The notes under the pieces are model-generated. The model was not told the origin of the DNA. It did no database searches and saw only the letters and a list, made by a program, of their open reading frames with translations. The position numbers and the translations under genes are program-made. A DNA stretch of 52,850 nt, counting the filler, from Bipalium vagum (taxonomy: Eukaryota): assembly GCA_037834085.1 (NCBI GenBank). It is 3 parts of 3 records of this genome, joined end to end, with 100 filler letters (N's around TTAATTAATTAA, not from the genome) between each part and the next. Parts side by side here need not be neighbours in the genome. Positions count along the whole stretch, not along the records: positions 18,317 to 36,314 come from JBBMKC010044310.1; 2 more parts are not named here. One strand, given 5' to 3'. This document shows positions 19,510 to 34,486 of the stretch, piece after piece (positions within the stretch are counted from its first letter, which is position 1; every line of letters begins with the position of its first letter).

Positions 19510-22500
19510 ATGTCTGGATTACTTATACTATCTGAAGCATTACTTATAGCAACAATTGTTTGTTTTCTAAGTTTTTATTATGGAAATTGGAAAAAACAAC
19601 ATAAAATTGTTACTATAATTTCATTTGTTTCTTGGTATTTGCCAATTTTTATTTTATTTGTAATTCCGATCGATATATCAGTTGTAAGTATCTGATTATG
19701 TAGTGTTTTGCCTTAATTAATTAAAAATTAAACAGGCTTACTATTTGAAATGTAAAGGTGATCCAACAAATTTTATTAATAATTCGTCGCACGCTTGTCA
19801 GTCTCCGTGGTTGTACATTGATCAATCAGTATTGTTGATTTTTTGGCATATTGTTTATTGGACGTCCTTTTGCTTAACCTGGTAAGTTTTTTGGAACTAT
19901 AGTTTTAAAAAAACAATAATTGTTCATTCCCAAATTCAAAATTGTTAAATACTCAAAGATCAATTTTAAAGTTATATAATTATGATTTAATCTTAAGATT
20001 GATGTCTTCGGGGCGTTAATTAAAATCTTCCAAACGTCAAAATGTTCATGAGAATTGACATTTGACTTTTAATGTTCATTTTTATGAGTGCAGAAAGAGA
20101 AATGTTTTTTTATGTTTTCCAGTATATGTTATATCTCTTTATTCAGGCTTTAAATCCATTGATCTGTTTATATTTCCCATATGGTCAAATTTGTTTTCTG
20201 TCAATGACCAAAACGATATTGAAATGTTCTTGTTTCAAACCGTCACTTTAAGAACTGTTTCATAGGAGACGTTACTCTTATTGGACAGCCCTCTAAGTCA
20301 CGTGTTCTGCTCCTTTTGAAAGACATGCTTAATTCTTAGTCCTACTTTCTTGGCTTCCACTTAATGAGCCTAAGACATTGGTCATTTGATAAAGAACTCT
20401 TTATTCATTTCTATTCTTTTGGTGGATGAGAATTCATTTTTCATTTCCCATTTGTAGAGTGGTCTCACAGGAAAATTATGTTTATATTTGAATTTCACAA
20501 ATTAAACCTTTTCCTCTCTTCTGTAAGTCTGTCACCAATTGACACAAAATATTTGATCGAAAATTAAAATACAAGAACTCTTTTTTAATCACGATGCGTT
20601 TTTTCTGGAAGAAATTTGTTCCGCACGGATTCTATTTTTTAATTAAATGCTTAATCCAAACTATGGTTCTTGGCAACAGGTAATGGTGATTGAGCGGAAA
20701 TTTCTGTGAACTTTCAAAACAACTTTTAACAACGCGCAGTAAAACACTTAAACAATACCTTAAGCAATCAAGGATTTAAATGTTTATCTAAATTGTATGG
20801 CTATTTAATCGTGTTACCCTGATCGATGTTCCTTAATTTTCAATAATTATCTGTTTTAATGTTAAAAATTTATTAATCCTTCAAATATTTGGTGGGATTA
20901 AATATGCTAAGTCTTTCGTTAGAGGATCTTGAAATACCATGAGATTATTTGTACTAAAATCAATTTATTTATCTCCCTTTTGAAAGTCTGGAAAATTATA
21001 TTTTGTAACACTTTTCTAATAAGTAACAAGTTATTAAATGGGTAAAGTAGCATTGATTACATAATAATATTTTTATTTTATCATAATCTAAAATTTATTA
21101 TTATTTTTGGTTTTATGTTTACTCTATTTTATTTTTCCTTTGTCTTTATCATTTCTTATCATGTCATCAAGATAATAAAATCTAAACCATGAAAAATGGA
21201 TTAAAAATTATCAATTAAAAATCAATTAACTTTTTCAAAAAATAATTGTATTGAGCAACAAATTCACACATTTATTGACATAAAAATAATTTTTTATCAA
21301 TTTATTAATAATATACAATGTACGTAGGTCAGTCGAAAAGTTTTCGATATGACACAAACAGTATATATTTATTAAAATAATAAACATAATTGCTTTCCGA
21401 AGTATTCCCCGTCAAAATCTATACACTTTAGCATTTGATCAAACCAGTCCGAAATCGGTATGTCCAAAAAATGTGATTTGAATGCTTCTACAGTCTGTTC
21501 GGGACATGAAAACCACTGCCCAAGCAAATTTTTTGATGGAACCAAATGTGAAGAAGTCATTTGGTGCTAAATTAGGACTATGAGATGGATGGCTTAATAA
21601 TTCAACGTTTGGAGAAATGGTAGCGACATGATCTGATTTGGCTGGGAAACAGGCAACCATTTTCTTGGAGTTGTTTCGGGATCAATCAAATTCCGTTGGT
21701 AATTTTTCTCCCTGAAACACCCAAATAGTTGACTGCTTTGTTTCGAGTGCAGATGTCATAAAAATGTTTTGAGGTTTAATGCCTAAATTTATCAACCAGA
21801 GCTTTAGATCTAATATTGCGATTTTTTTATCCATTGTAAGAATATGCGGTATCCAACGAGAACATAGCTTTCTGACACCCAATTTTATTATTAGATTAAA
21901 GTAATATAGTATTAAAATAACGCATTTTATGATTAAATTTTTTATTTTCTACAAAATCTTTCCATATTCTCCAATCCAGAAACTTTTCAACTTTGTTCAT
22001 CCAAAACAGTAAAAATTATATTACTTTGTTTAAGTATTTTTTTATTATTGTCCAATGAAAATTATTTAAATTAAATTTACATAATCCTGATATATTAATC
22101 TTTAAAAGGATATTTCTACCAATTCTGCAATCGTATGCCAAATCGGGTTCGTTCACAATTTGTGGGAAATTAAAGTCTGCCTTGATTGACAACGCTATTT
22201 ATTATGGAACCTATTTGTTTGTATTTATTCTTATCGGCATTTATATTCTCATCAAGAAGACCATTTCTTTTGATCTGTAAGCCTTTTTTATGAACCAGTG
22301 TCTCATATTTATGTTATTGTATGTTTGATATAAAAATATTAGGTTTGTGCTTAAATTTCGTTCTGGTATTTTACACCGAATTAGATAATAATTTTATTTA
22401 AAATAATAAAAGCCTTATTCAATAATTACATTTGTCATTCTATTGGAAAAGACTTCTCTCTATCCCTTTTTCATATGCTCAAGCCAAAAATCAGAATATT

Positions 22501-25500
22501 TAGAGATTCTGGACAAATAATTTGTTCAAAGAAAAGTGCTCAATCAGCACAAATCTTGACGAAGCGCAATGTAATTTCTGTTAACTTCTCAGATGCGGCT
22601 AGGCAATTGGTTGCTTAATTTCTGTTTTTTACATTACATATTTCTCTGAACTAAAATAGTTTTGGTTTGAAGGATTATTATTTGGTTCTATAATAATAGG
22701 CAATAGTAATTACATTCTTTAATGAAGGTTAGAAAAAGTATTTCTCTGCTGATATCACGATGTCCTACGATTATGAAATTAGTTTTACACTTTCTTTCAT
22801 AATTCATTTTAATTTTCAATGAAGAATCAATGAAAAAAATTTATTTTATACTATTTATTATCCTTTTCACGAAACTATAAATACCCCAATATAAACAAAC
22901 ACAATTAATAATTTTTACATATTTCTCTTTTTATTCATTTCACTATAGTTTGACGCAATAATAATAAGCTATTAATTTGGCAAAAACGTAATTATCGATT
23001 TTACATAAATACATTATATTTCAACTAAACTGTATTTTAAATAAAATGATCATTTAAATAATATTAAAAGATAATTGATGAATTCAAATTTCAGTCAGTA
23101 AATTAATTTCATACATTGCTTTATTTCGTTTTTTATTTGTCAGCTTTAGCATGGAAGATCGGAATACGAATTTGAGGAATTTTTCACTTTTCTAGTATCG
23201 GAAAAGAAAAAATGCATCGCAAAAAATATGGGAATTATGTAGCGAGAATTCATTAAAAGAACCACAATGTCGGAAATGTTTGAGAAATTCCAAAGGGAGT
23301 GATTTTTCAATCAAAGATAAGCAAATGTCTGACTGTCCACTAGATGTCCACACAGAATACTTAATCAATAAGGATCGTCAAAAAGCAGTACGTGACATTG
23401 AAAGGATGTTAAACGTATTACTTGCAGCCATAAAAAGCATATGGGATAAGTGAAAAATTGATTTATTGGTTCTTTACAAACTTTTGGAACGTCACATTAA
23501 GCAACGCTTTGAAATCTATAATTTGCTTATCAAACTAAAAAAAATAACCTATTTTTGAAACAATTGTAACGGGCGATGAAAAATGGATTTAGTACAATAA
23601 TGATCATCTGAAAAGCTAATTGTACAAGTTAGAGGAAATGATCAAAAGAGCTGTATTATAAGATTGGTGGGATTATCAAGAAAACATATACTTCGAAATT
23701 CTGTCAAGTAGAGGCAAAGGATTAATTCTGATATTTACGCCAAAAATTGGCAAACCGTTTTCATTATGACATGTATAACCACTTCTTCGGTACTCCGTAA
23801 AAAGTATTGAGTCTTAGTTAGTAGAGCATTGTCACAACCAACATATAGTCAAGATTTTCGATTACCATTATTTTTCTTTCTACTTGAAATATGGTAAAAT
23901 TTTTACTAATGATGATGACGTCTAATCTGAGTTTTTGCAGTTTTTACATATAAATCCAAGGGATTTGTGAACCATGAATTTTTATGCTTTCTGGAAAATA
24001 GAAAAAAGTTCTGGATAAAATTGGAAAATTCATATATAGTTTCATATAGTGTCTTATTTCTTCAAAAACTCGGAAATTACTTTCCTGCCAACCAAATAAT
24101 ATTAATTATAAAAGAAAGAAAATAAAAATCCTGGAAAATAAAGATCTGTGAATATTCATCAATAATTCTGTAACTTGATGGATTTGTCTCTAATGTTTTT
24201 TATAAGATAAATCAATTTGAAAAATATTATTAAACATATTTTATTGACCAATGAATTAAGATTTAAAAATCCAAATCATAAATTGACTGTCTTTATCACT
24301 ATCATTTATTTAACTCTTGATATACAGAGCCAGCATCAAACTTCTAATCATATCAGCCAGTAATACTTGGGGTTTGCTGTGGGTAGTTCTTTTTCTCGGT
24401 TATGGGTTGGTAGCGGTTCCCCGAAATATTTGGGGGAAAAGTGATAATATGAAGACTTTGACAAATGCTTATTTTATTTTACCTCGCTTGAACATGGAAC
24501 GATTAGAAGAAGAAGAAGAATTAGAGTACCTAATCCAAGTAATCAATATGGGTTGTTATTTGTGGATAACAGGCTTGTGTTTAGAAGGCCAAACATTGGT
24601 CCAATCAAATATCAAGTTCCCACCAATACCGGAAATATATGGATATTATTTTAGATAAAGTCAGAGCAGTTTTCATTGTTAAAATTGAAATAGACATTTC
24701 CTTTTCTACATTTATTAATATTATATTATTATATTGATATTAAAAAGATTTTCGTTATTATTTTTTTTATTTTTGTTGTTACTATTAATATATCTCCGTC
24801 ATTCTATTTTTAAATTAATTATTATTAATTTTATTAATGGTAGTTATAATTTATATCTTACTATTATTATTATATTATATTTCTTAATTATATTTAATTG
24901 ACTATTTACAATAATATTATCATTGTTCGAATATTGTATTGTTATATATCATTTAATTTTTATTATTATTTTTACACTTTGGTGTGGTTTCCAATTAATA
25001 TTATCAAGTTCCGTATCATTCCACACTTATTAATTTTACTAAAACCTATGTTTAATTGAAAGAAATTCTCTTTAAAAGAATTTTTGGAAATATTTAATTA
25101 TTATTATTACTCTTTCATGGTCTCTTTTGTTACTTTTTTGAATTATCTTGAAATCAATAAAATATTCCTTTCATTTCTTGTTTTCATTTTTATATTTCAT
25201 TGTTTCTTTTTTGGAAGTAAACCTCATCGGAACCACTACACACGACTTTTATTCAATAATTCATGAATATTATTTGTAGATCGAAGAAGCCGAAGGTGAC
25301 ATCATGCAAACTGCCGATAGCAGACAGAAAAGAAAGTTTTCTCGATCTCTGTCAATGAGAGACTTACGAAGCATTGAATCGGAGAATATTGATGATTCCC
25401 TGAAGTTAAGGACTCTAGAGGTTTTGCACAGGGGTCTGAAAGTTACATTGCATCGCTACCTCAGGGCTCATGCATTGTGGGAAGATCAGATCAGACAAAC

Positions 25501-28500
25501 GATATGGCTAGAAGATATCGAGTCCAACATGATCTCGGGGTAAGTGTTACTTTTAGATATTTTGTTTCAAATTAAATATTTTTCCATTTGAATCAATTGT
25601 GATTATTATCCAATAAGAATTAAGTTAAATAAATTGAAATGAATAAATAAATAACACAATGGAACTGATTTTCTTTTATAAAATAATCGTTATAAAGTTA
25701 TATTTATTCGATTATCCATCGTCAGTACTGAAAAGGTCCGAAAAATAGGAGTTTTATGCTTAAATTTCAGCGTATATCATCCGACGACTTTCTAAAATAA
25801 TTCAGCGAATAACTCGAACCTTTTCATCAATAACATAGTCCTGATTCATCGCTCAAACAATAGATTTTTCTTTGATTTCCTTAAACCATGACTAAACTGT
25901 ATTTTTGATGATTGCTCATAACATAATGCAAAATTTGAAACAATTGCTGTGGTATCAATCCGGAAACTTTTCGATTAAAATCATTTTATCAGAAAAAGCA
26001 TAAATAAAAAATAAAAACCATCTAAAATCACTGCAAAGAAAAAATCTCAATTTGGAAAACCCCGTTTTATTATGATTGTAAGGAATCATGCCTTGTGAGT
26101 TCCGTCCAGAGAAGCAAGTAATTATTTCATTCAACCAACGTTACCACATTTGGATAATTGAAAAGAAGCAGCAATTTAAGAAATCTAACAAAGTTGAACA
26201 TCAGAATAAGGACTGTAAGTATTTTTACAATTACCCGTCAGAAATTGTTACAGAACTTTGTGGTCTCATTCACCTTACAATATTATTTATTGTTATAGTA
26301 CTTTCATTAATTCTGATCTTTATAAAACTTAACAAATGGCAGAATTTTACTTTTTAAAAAAGGTACGAAGACAACTCTAGAAATTTCTAAGTAATAAATT
26401 CCTCGAAGTAAATTTGTAAAGTACCTGAAAGATGGTGCAAAGTTATTGAAGAAGGATGTTTAAATTAATAGTTTTATTATATAAATAATTTTAAAAAATA
26501 CAAGTTTTGTCTCTGTATAATAATGAAAGAACGAAATATTATTATTCAACTCAACAACAAAAAATAGATTTTATTGATTTTTCACAATAATTATTAATTA
26601 GATGCTTTTAAACATTACGTGTGTTTCTTTTAAGAATAATAATAATTAATTTTGATACACCTAATCAATGTGAATTGAATTATTGGTCTATATTAGAAAA
26701 ACACAAATTATTAGGATATTTTTAATAAAAATTTTCAATTTTCTAAAAATTTTTGTATATATTATTTTTAAATATTGGACACACAATTATAAAAGAGTTA
26801 TTAAAATATTAAATATTTATAAAATATTGAGAAAATGTGTAATAACCAAACGCAGAAATAGAAATCAATGAATGATTAATATTTTCTTAATTTATGATTT
26901 TGTTAATTTAATTTTTATTAAAAGTTTTATAAAATTGTATTCAATTTTAATTATAATTATTTTATTTATTTTCATTAACTTAATTTTAATTTTTTAAATT
27001 AATTATCCTAATATTAAGTAATTATAGTTATATTGGTTATAATTATAACATGTGATACAATAATAAATATATTATTATTAATACAGGTAAATAAATAGGT
27101 AATCTATGAATTTTATGAATTAAAACTTAATTTTCTTTTGAAATCTGAAAATAATTCCTGATCAAGATATAATCTTATTTCAGTTGTTGTTTTGATAAAA
27201 ATCAGTGACTAAAATTTATTTAGTGTTACTAATTTTACTAAAAAATTAATATTCAGTCAATAAATATGACTTATTTTTAAAAATTCTCATTTCATTTCAA
27301 TTATAATTTTGATTGATTGGCTTTTTATGTAATTGAAAATTTACTACATTACCACCCTCCTTTTAAAGGATCCGCATTTTTCGAAAACCGGGACTCATTC
27401 TCCATAATTCAGAATCTGGATTGAATCGATTATTAAGTTCGCTTGAGTGGTATTGGAAGTGTCAATTCCGACCGTTTTCCATGAAGTGCTTGGCAGTGAT
27501 TTCCATGGTTGTCAGTGGCCTCGTTGTGTGGAGTGAGTGCACATTCTGGGTCCAATCACCCGTTTTGAGTGTTTTTGCTCTAATACTCCAACTAGCGGCT
27601 GCTTTTTACAACTACTTCTTCATTTCAGTACGTTCTCGATTTTTTCTTCCACTAGTGATGATAATTCAACTTTTAATAATCATTCAAATCGATAATACAT
27701 TTTTGGGTCCATTGCAAAAAAATCAATTGATTTTCTTTTAATAATTTTTTAAAACAATTAGAAAATATTTTTTTTATCAAGATGATGGTGGAGTCAGAAA
27801 TTCAATTTCGGTTCCACGACGTCTTAGACTGGTGATTACATTCTACAAAAATTAACGAATTTCCACTAGATTTTACATAATTATTTTATGTTTCCTAACT
27901 TTGTTATTTAATAAAATCAATAAATTGCTTTATTCCAAAACTATCGCAATTCATTTATTTTTGCTTTATCGAAAATGGAATTTTATATTAAATTAATAAT
28001 TTATTATTATATATTGTGAATATCGTCAATAATTTAGAAATTCCTTTAAAATCTTTTTTTTATTATATTTATTTAGGATATAAATACGGATTGATTAAAA
28101 TTATTTTATTTGCTTTTTATATTTTAAATGGATTTTAAAAATTTCTCAAAGGAAATGATACTCCATTCTTAAACATTTTACAAAAAGAACAACATATTGA
28201 TTGAAGAAATTCAGTAAAAATAAGATTTACGAAATTTCAATTGAAGAGTTATTGTGAAAATTATCGATTTTTATTAGAATATACTGATTTTTATCTTATT
28301 AAAAAAATTAAATTTTTTCTGTTATACATTGAACGGTTGATTTAAAAAAACGATTTCTTTACATCTCATAGGACTTAAGGAATTTCTTATTAATTGGTCT
28401 CAGTTATGAAAGTAGTAAAACAAAATATCAATAGAGATCTTAAAGGATTATTTTAATTTGGAGGATCTTCATTTGACGAAAATGAATTTGAAAGTAAAAT

Positions 28501-31500
28501 AAACTAACAATACTGTTATCCTTAAATGATTAAGGGTGCTCGAGATGTTTAATTTTACTGTTTAAAGTTTCAATTGATTTGTATTATTTTTTTATTTTTC
28601 AATCAATAAAATGTTAGAAAAATAACTGAAGCACAGACATTACGATTTGATAATTAATAGTGAAATATACTAAAGAGTGTTTCAGATCACATTTAATTTT
28701 CGATATTTTTATAATAACGAAAAACTGTCAATATTTAAAAAAGAATGCAAATCTATGTACAAAAGATTTATTTTTAATATAATCTCAAGAAGACATTAAC
28801 TCACTTTGATCTTTAATCAACGATCAAGTTAAAAATGAATAAACTTATTGTAAGTTAAATGGGACTTTAAGAACTTTAATATAGTAAAAGGGTCCATTTA
28901 ATCAATCATCATTTTCATTTTTCTGCAATGTATACAGGAAAATATATTGCTAAAAACTATCGACACTATTTATGTTAAAGTGATTTTTTCAATAAATTCC
29001 AGAAAAATCCACACCAAATAACATTTCTGGGATATTTAAAAATTTGTGTACATGTGAACAGTTGTGTCAACGGCAAAGACGGAAAGAGTTTTTAATTAGC
29101 ATTGTTACAGACGAAGAAAAATGGATTAATTATAGAAGTCTGAAGCGTAAAAGATCATGGTACCAGCCGGGTCATGCGTCTACATCGGCGAGCAAACCAC
29201 ATATTCGTGGTCAAAAATCCATTCTGTGTATTTGGTTGGATCAGCTTGGTATCATATATTATGAGCAGTTGCAACAAAACAAAACAATCACTGGAATCGG
29301 TATCGAGATCAATTGAAGCGTTTAAGCCTTACGAGATAAACGACCATATTATGTCGACAGGCATAATAAAGTCATTTTGCAACTTGACAATGCTCGGCCG
29401 CACGTTTCGAAAACTGTTAAAACATTTTGGAAACACTCAGATGGGAAGTTCTACTACACCCGCCATATTCGTCCGATATTGAACCTACATATTACCATCT
29501 GTTTCTTTTCGTGTCTCATGGCCTGGCTGACCAGTATTTTCAATCCTATGAGGATACCAGAAAGTTTCTCAAATCTTAGATCGCCTCAAAAGTCCGGATT
29601 TTTTTTAAAACACGGAATGTGTACCTTGGCAGGAGGTTTGGAAAAAGTATTGAAAAGAAGTGGAGAATATTTCGAAGAATTAATGTGTTTATTTTTATAA
29701 CAAATTTTAGTTATTTTTTTTAAGAAATCTGGAAACATATTCACAACTAATATTTTTATTTATTGTTTTATTTTATTATTTGATTATTATTGGTTTTAAG
29801 ACTTAATTTTTATATTTTTGTAAATGATTAAAAATCTAAAATATCAATAAAATGAGCAGGGCCTATGAAACTACTTTAATAAAAGAACGAATTCTGGTCT
29901 ACATTTTTGACAGTTGTTTTTGGAGAAATTTACTTTATTTTTCCCAATTCGCTTATTTACCTGACCGATTTAGATCGTTTCTCTACTGTCCATTGGGTAT
30001 TTGAGTTGTTGCGTTTATTTTACGGTTTTCCGGTTGCGATTATTCAATTATTTCCGATTGGTTCCCAATCATCATTCCGACGAGAACAGTCTTATATTTA
30101 GTGGAATGTAAGTTTTATTTATTTAAAATATTTTATTGATTTTTTACAATTAATTATTTTGTTGTTAGTATAAAAATTGATTCAACGAAAATCTATACGA
30201 GATTTATGTTTAAAAGATTAATTCTCTCAATTATCAAAAATCTATAAAAATTTTGCATTTTTTATCTAAAATTTATTATTTATTAATCTACCCAATCGGT
30301 AGATATCGATTTTCTGTTACTTCAAAAAGTTTTTTGTTTTTAAGTAATATTTCTTTTCATTAAAAGTGACCTGATATGCATTATTCGAATTTAAATTGGA
30401 GATATGATTTTTCTTCATTTGTCATTTATTAAGTTTTCAGCTAGATAAGTTTTTTTATCAAATTGCTGTCTGATCAGCCTCCTCACTATTATCGATGGCA
30501 GGTTGAGTGCTGAAAATTATGGATTAAATTGGAATTTCTAAAAAATCGTTTTATTTGATTTATAGTCATTTTATTGATTTATTATTAAAATCTATATAAA
30601 TAATATTTGTGATTGATTGGTATTTTTTTCAGAATTTGACTGAGTTTTGATGCATTGTGTCAATATGAAATTTTTATCATTTCTTTCAATAATTACATAA
30701 CAATAAAATTTATTTACTTTTTAAAATCAATAAAAATGCGTCAACTAAAATTCTTAAAAATTGATAAATAAGTAAAAATTGGTAAATCAAAATGACATTT
30801 TTTCCAACATTATCATTAGCTAAAAGGAATTTATTTTGTCGATTATTTTATTTCTCAGATAAAAGCGGCCAATTCTCAGTAAACAGGAATTAAATTATAT
30901 TTTTACCAACATTAACCATTTGATAAATATTGAACTTTGGTCAAAAATCTGAAACCGAAAATTGATCTATCGTCATCTTCTATGATAGTGCAGAAAAATT
31001 AACATTCATTTAATACATGATTTATTTTTAAAATTTTAATGAAAAAAAATATGATCATTTATAATCAATAAATTTTGTGTTTTTTGTGAAGAAAATAAAA
31101 ATATTATTTGTGAGGAAAAAATCCGAGTCAAAATTTTTTCAAACGAAATTTGTTCTTGTTTTAATTTTAGGAAATTTTCTTTTCGATTATAATTTGTAAA
31201 ATTATTGAGTTTTGTTCTAAAAAATTGAAACCTGCACAAAATTACTGTGAAAAATATACATCATTAAATGTGAAAGGATCAAAATGAAAAGATTCTAAAT
31301 AATCAGAAAGAGGGGATGTCAAAATCCATTTGGTAACCAAAGCTGGCCAATCGAATTTTAGAAAATATATTTAAACAATTTCCGTATTTTGAGTTAATTT
31401 TTTAGTAATTAAATTGTAAAAAAATTTTGTTTTCAAGTATTGTTCTGAAAGTAAAATAATGAAAAATTTTATTTTAATTTTGAAAAAAATTTGTCCTTAG

Positions 31501-33243
31501 ATTGAGGTTTCACTTCCGATGTGTTGTTAAATAAGTATTTTTATCGGGATTTTAGCTATGCTTTGTCAAAACCGAGCGTAAACGTCGTTACATTAATGGT
31601 CGGCTGGATATATTTTTTTTTAATTTTTTTTTGTTTATAAAATTGTCTTGGCGATAAAATTGAATCGGTGACAAGAATAAATTGATATTTTGCACTTGGA
31701 ATCGATAAAAACTAATAAAAAACTCAACTAATTTTGGAAACTTTTTTCAAGGTTGCTTTGTCGTTTGACTCCTCCACTGTGCCTAAATTTCCTGGGACTG
31801 GTACATTTGGACAGTCACATACTGGTACATTCGACGGCGAATAATGTCTCACATTCCGTGGAAACGGCCTACACAAAATTTATGGGCCACCTTGATCTCA
31901 TTCAATTAATTGCCAGTGGTTTCAACCTTTACTTTCCACTGCTGGTTCTCATCCTCTGTCTGTGCACTGTGCTCAGACTAGGAGACAAAATTCTGCAATT
32001 TCTCGGCTTGCAAATGCTCTTCGGCTATGCGGACGACGATAAAGGAACCTATTCCAATTCAGTAGAGGAAGGCCGAATTCTTTTGAAACGGGGTTCGATA
32101 TTTTGCATTTGTGATGCTTATGAAACATATATTTATTGTTTGTATGATAACGGTAGAACGCCAGATCTATGAGAAAGAGCTGAAATACTTATCGGCGGCT
32201 GATTCGAAAATCGATTACAAATCCACAGTCATTGACATGGCATCTCGGAACAAAGAAGAAAAGCATCCGCTTCGCAACTACGGATCGCCTTTCATAGGTA
32301 AGTTGCTATCTTAACATACGGATATTGTTGATGATTTTGATTTTTTGAGTTTGTTTCTTTTTCTTCGAAGATTTTTTGTCATAAATATTGGTCATGGGCA
32401 AAATATATTGGGTATTGGAGAGTCAGAGATCAATGTCATTTTATGAAAAACATGATTTTTACGATTTTTTTTTTTACGATAAATTATGACTGAATTAATT
32501 TATTTTATTCTTATTATAAAGGTTAACATAATTCAACGTTCAGAACGTTCTCAGCAAATTATTTTGTTAATATATTTGATAACCGATGGAACATTTGGGT
32601 AATATATGGACCAGATGGAAATTTTAACTTTTCTGATCTAAGCCTTTGGTAATTTAATATCTTTTTTCAATATTATATACCGAAATACAGAATCATTAAC
32701 CAATGAAAATTTATTTATTTTTAAATAAGTCCCTAAACTGAAAAATTGGTCATGCCATTTTATGGGATTCGTAAAAACAGATGATAATAATATGTTTAAT
32801 AATAATAATCATCGTTCATGATATGCAATTTCTGTTTTGTAAATCAATCGAATTCCACGTCCCACTTTTTGTTTTGATAAGTATTCCCTGACGAAACTGT
32901 TGGTACTGCATTATTTTTCAATCTCCATCATCAATTTATATTATAAATTTAATTAATTAATCTGACCAGCCAATTCTTCTCTCGTCTGTGCTCAAACTTC
33001 TATGCACTTTCGATCAATATATTTCCATAATAACTTTTAGGTGACACTCAAACTCAAAAACTATTGGACGAGAATTCAGACGACTGGACTCCTGTTGAGT
33101 ATAACGAAGATTATATAGATAGAGACTATCAATTAGTTACCCCCGACAATTCAAGAATTTCTCAATCGAGACCTGATCAGCAAAGTCAGACTCGACCGGG
33201 TGCGACCAAGCAAACACTAATGAAAAAACTGTGGCCACTTTAA
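19510..33243 (+). CDS. LMBRD2: LMBR1 domain-containing protein 2; exons 19510-19683, 19736-19881, 22109-22276, 24328-24538, 24585-24659, 25280-25539, 27369-27627, 29974-30107, 31752-32092, 32157-32297, 33041-33243
   Basis: All junctions are GT-AG with consistent phase. Motifs: [121 protein letters not shown]. Confidence 0.93.
20005..20295. mobile_element. Short mariner-derived element in LMBRD2 intron 2
   Basis: Ends CGGGGCGTTAATTAAA and TTATTGGACAGCCCTCTA resemble degenerate mariner inverted repeats. Confidence 0.35.
21321..21885 (-). mobile_element. Mariner transposase relic in LMBRD2 intron 2
   Basis: GVRKLCSRWIPHILT, ETKQSTIWVF, HPSHSPNLAPNDFFTF, KCIDFDGEYF. Confidence 0.85.
23090..24100 (+). 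mobile_element. Near full-length decayed mariner in LMBRD2 intron 3
   Basis: VTGDEKWI.YNN, IWWDYQ, LSQPTYSQD; right end CGGAAATTACTTTCCTGCCAACCAAATA. Confidence 0.8.
25640..26560. mobile_element. Rearranged mariner fragments in LMBRD2 intron 6
   Basis: N-terminal-like reading on the minus strand (~25700-25990) and C-terminal-like reading on the plus strand (HPPY.., KVPERWCKVIEEG). Confidence 0.5.
29040..29751 (+). mobile_element. Mariner transposase C-terminal relic in LMBRD2 intron 7
   Basis: IVTDEEKWINY, ILCIWLDQLGIIYYE, LDNARPHV, LHPPYSSDI, GEYFE. Confidence 0.85.
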
Positions 33244-34270
33244 ATTCCTTAAAGAGATTACCTATTATTATTATTATTGCATGCTGTGATCATCTCTATT
33301 GTGTAGTCGTGATCAATTTTAATAATTGTCGTCTTAATATCCTTGACTCGTTTTCTGTGTCTCTCTTGACATGGAGGCAGCATTTATTCGTGTCAATAGA
33401 TGCATATTAAAATGACAAATATTCCAGTGAACATTTCATTGTTTTCAAAATGTGATATCAATACTCACCGGCTTTGTGACTTGCGGCTTTTTGTTGTTTT
33501 CCATTATTATAGCTTATACTTTTGATGATTTACTTGAATCTAAGGGAGCATTGAAAAATTAAATGTTTATTTTAAAATAATCTTTGAAATTTCTTCCAAT
33601 TCTTTTTCTGATTTTTAATATTTGGGATTAAATTTGTCCAATGGTTACGTCTATTGTTTGGACAGTATTAAACTTTGAGATAATTTTTGGTTTATTCTGT
33701 TGGGTTTCAGTTTTAATCAACCAATCAAGTTCATGTTTAATTTTTGAATTTAATTTTAAGGTTTTTAAAACAAAACCCTTCAGTGACGCTTTGCACATAC
33801 TTGTAATTCTCACGGGTGAGTGTGGGTAAAATAACCTAGTGGCAGTTATACAAATTTTATTGATATTTTTCGAATCCGGTAAGTCGAACAATTAATGCAT
33901 GACTTGCAAAATTCGGTTTTACGTGGTGGGTTGTGGGTATTAGTTTTTAAAAATATTATTTTTCCGACTCCTGATCTGACGTTGAATGAAGACTTTAATT
34001 TTTCAAAAATGGGTTTAACGATTGAATACAGTTGAGATTTAATGTCCTCTTGTCGTTAACAATGGTTTTGGGTTCATAAAAACAACTGTGAAACAATGCT
34101 AAAGGTTTTGATTGAGATTGTATTTTTTGATTACTTATTCTCATTTTTTATGTTGCCTCGTGTTTTAAAATGATTGTGAGTCTTTAACACAATGACAATT
34201 TGCATTTCCCTGAGATTATAAATGGCCAAAAAACTCAATTTGCTCCTAGATCTAATATTTAATGTTGGTA

Positions 34271-34486
34271 CAGGGTGTTTCATAAGTAACTGACTATTTT
34301 ATTTTTTAAATATCTTTTTATAAAAATGAAAACTGAGACAGATTTTTTCTTTACGTTCTTTTATTTTGTAATTTTTCATGCTGATATTTTATGATATGAT
34401 GAATATATATATATATATATGATGAATCAAAAATTTAATAATAAATCATTCATTTAAAAAATGTCAGTTACTTATGAAACACCCTG
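34271..34486. mobile_element. Tc1/mariner-type MITE with TA target duplication
   Basis: TA|CAGGGTGTTTCATAAGTAACTGAC ... GTCAGTTACTTATGAAACACCCTG|TA, perfect 24-bp inverted repeats. Confidence 0.9.

Noticed and set aside
24573-24584. Upstream AG at 24572 as the LMBRD2 exon 5 acceptor
   Set aside because: It introduces an in-frame TAG; the acceptor at 24584 keeps the frame and homology.
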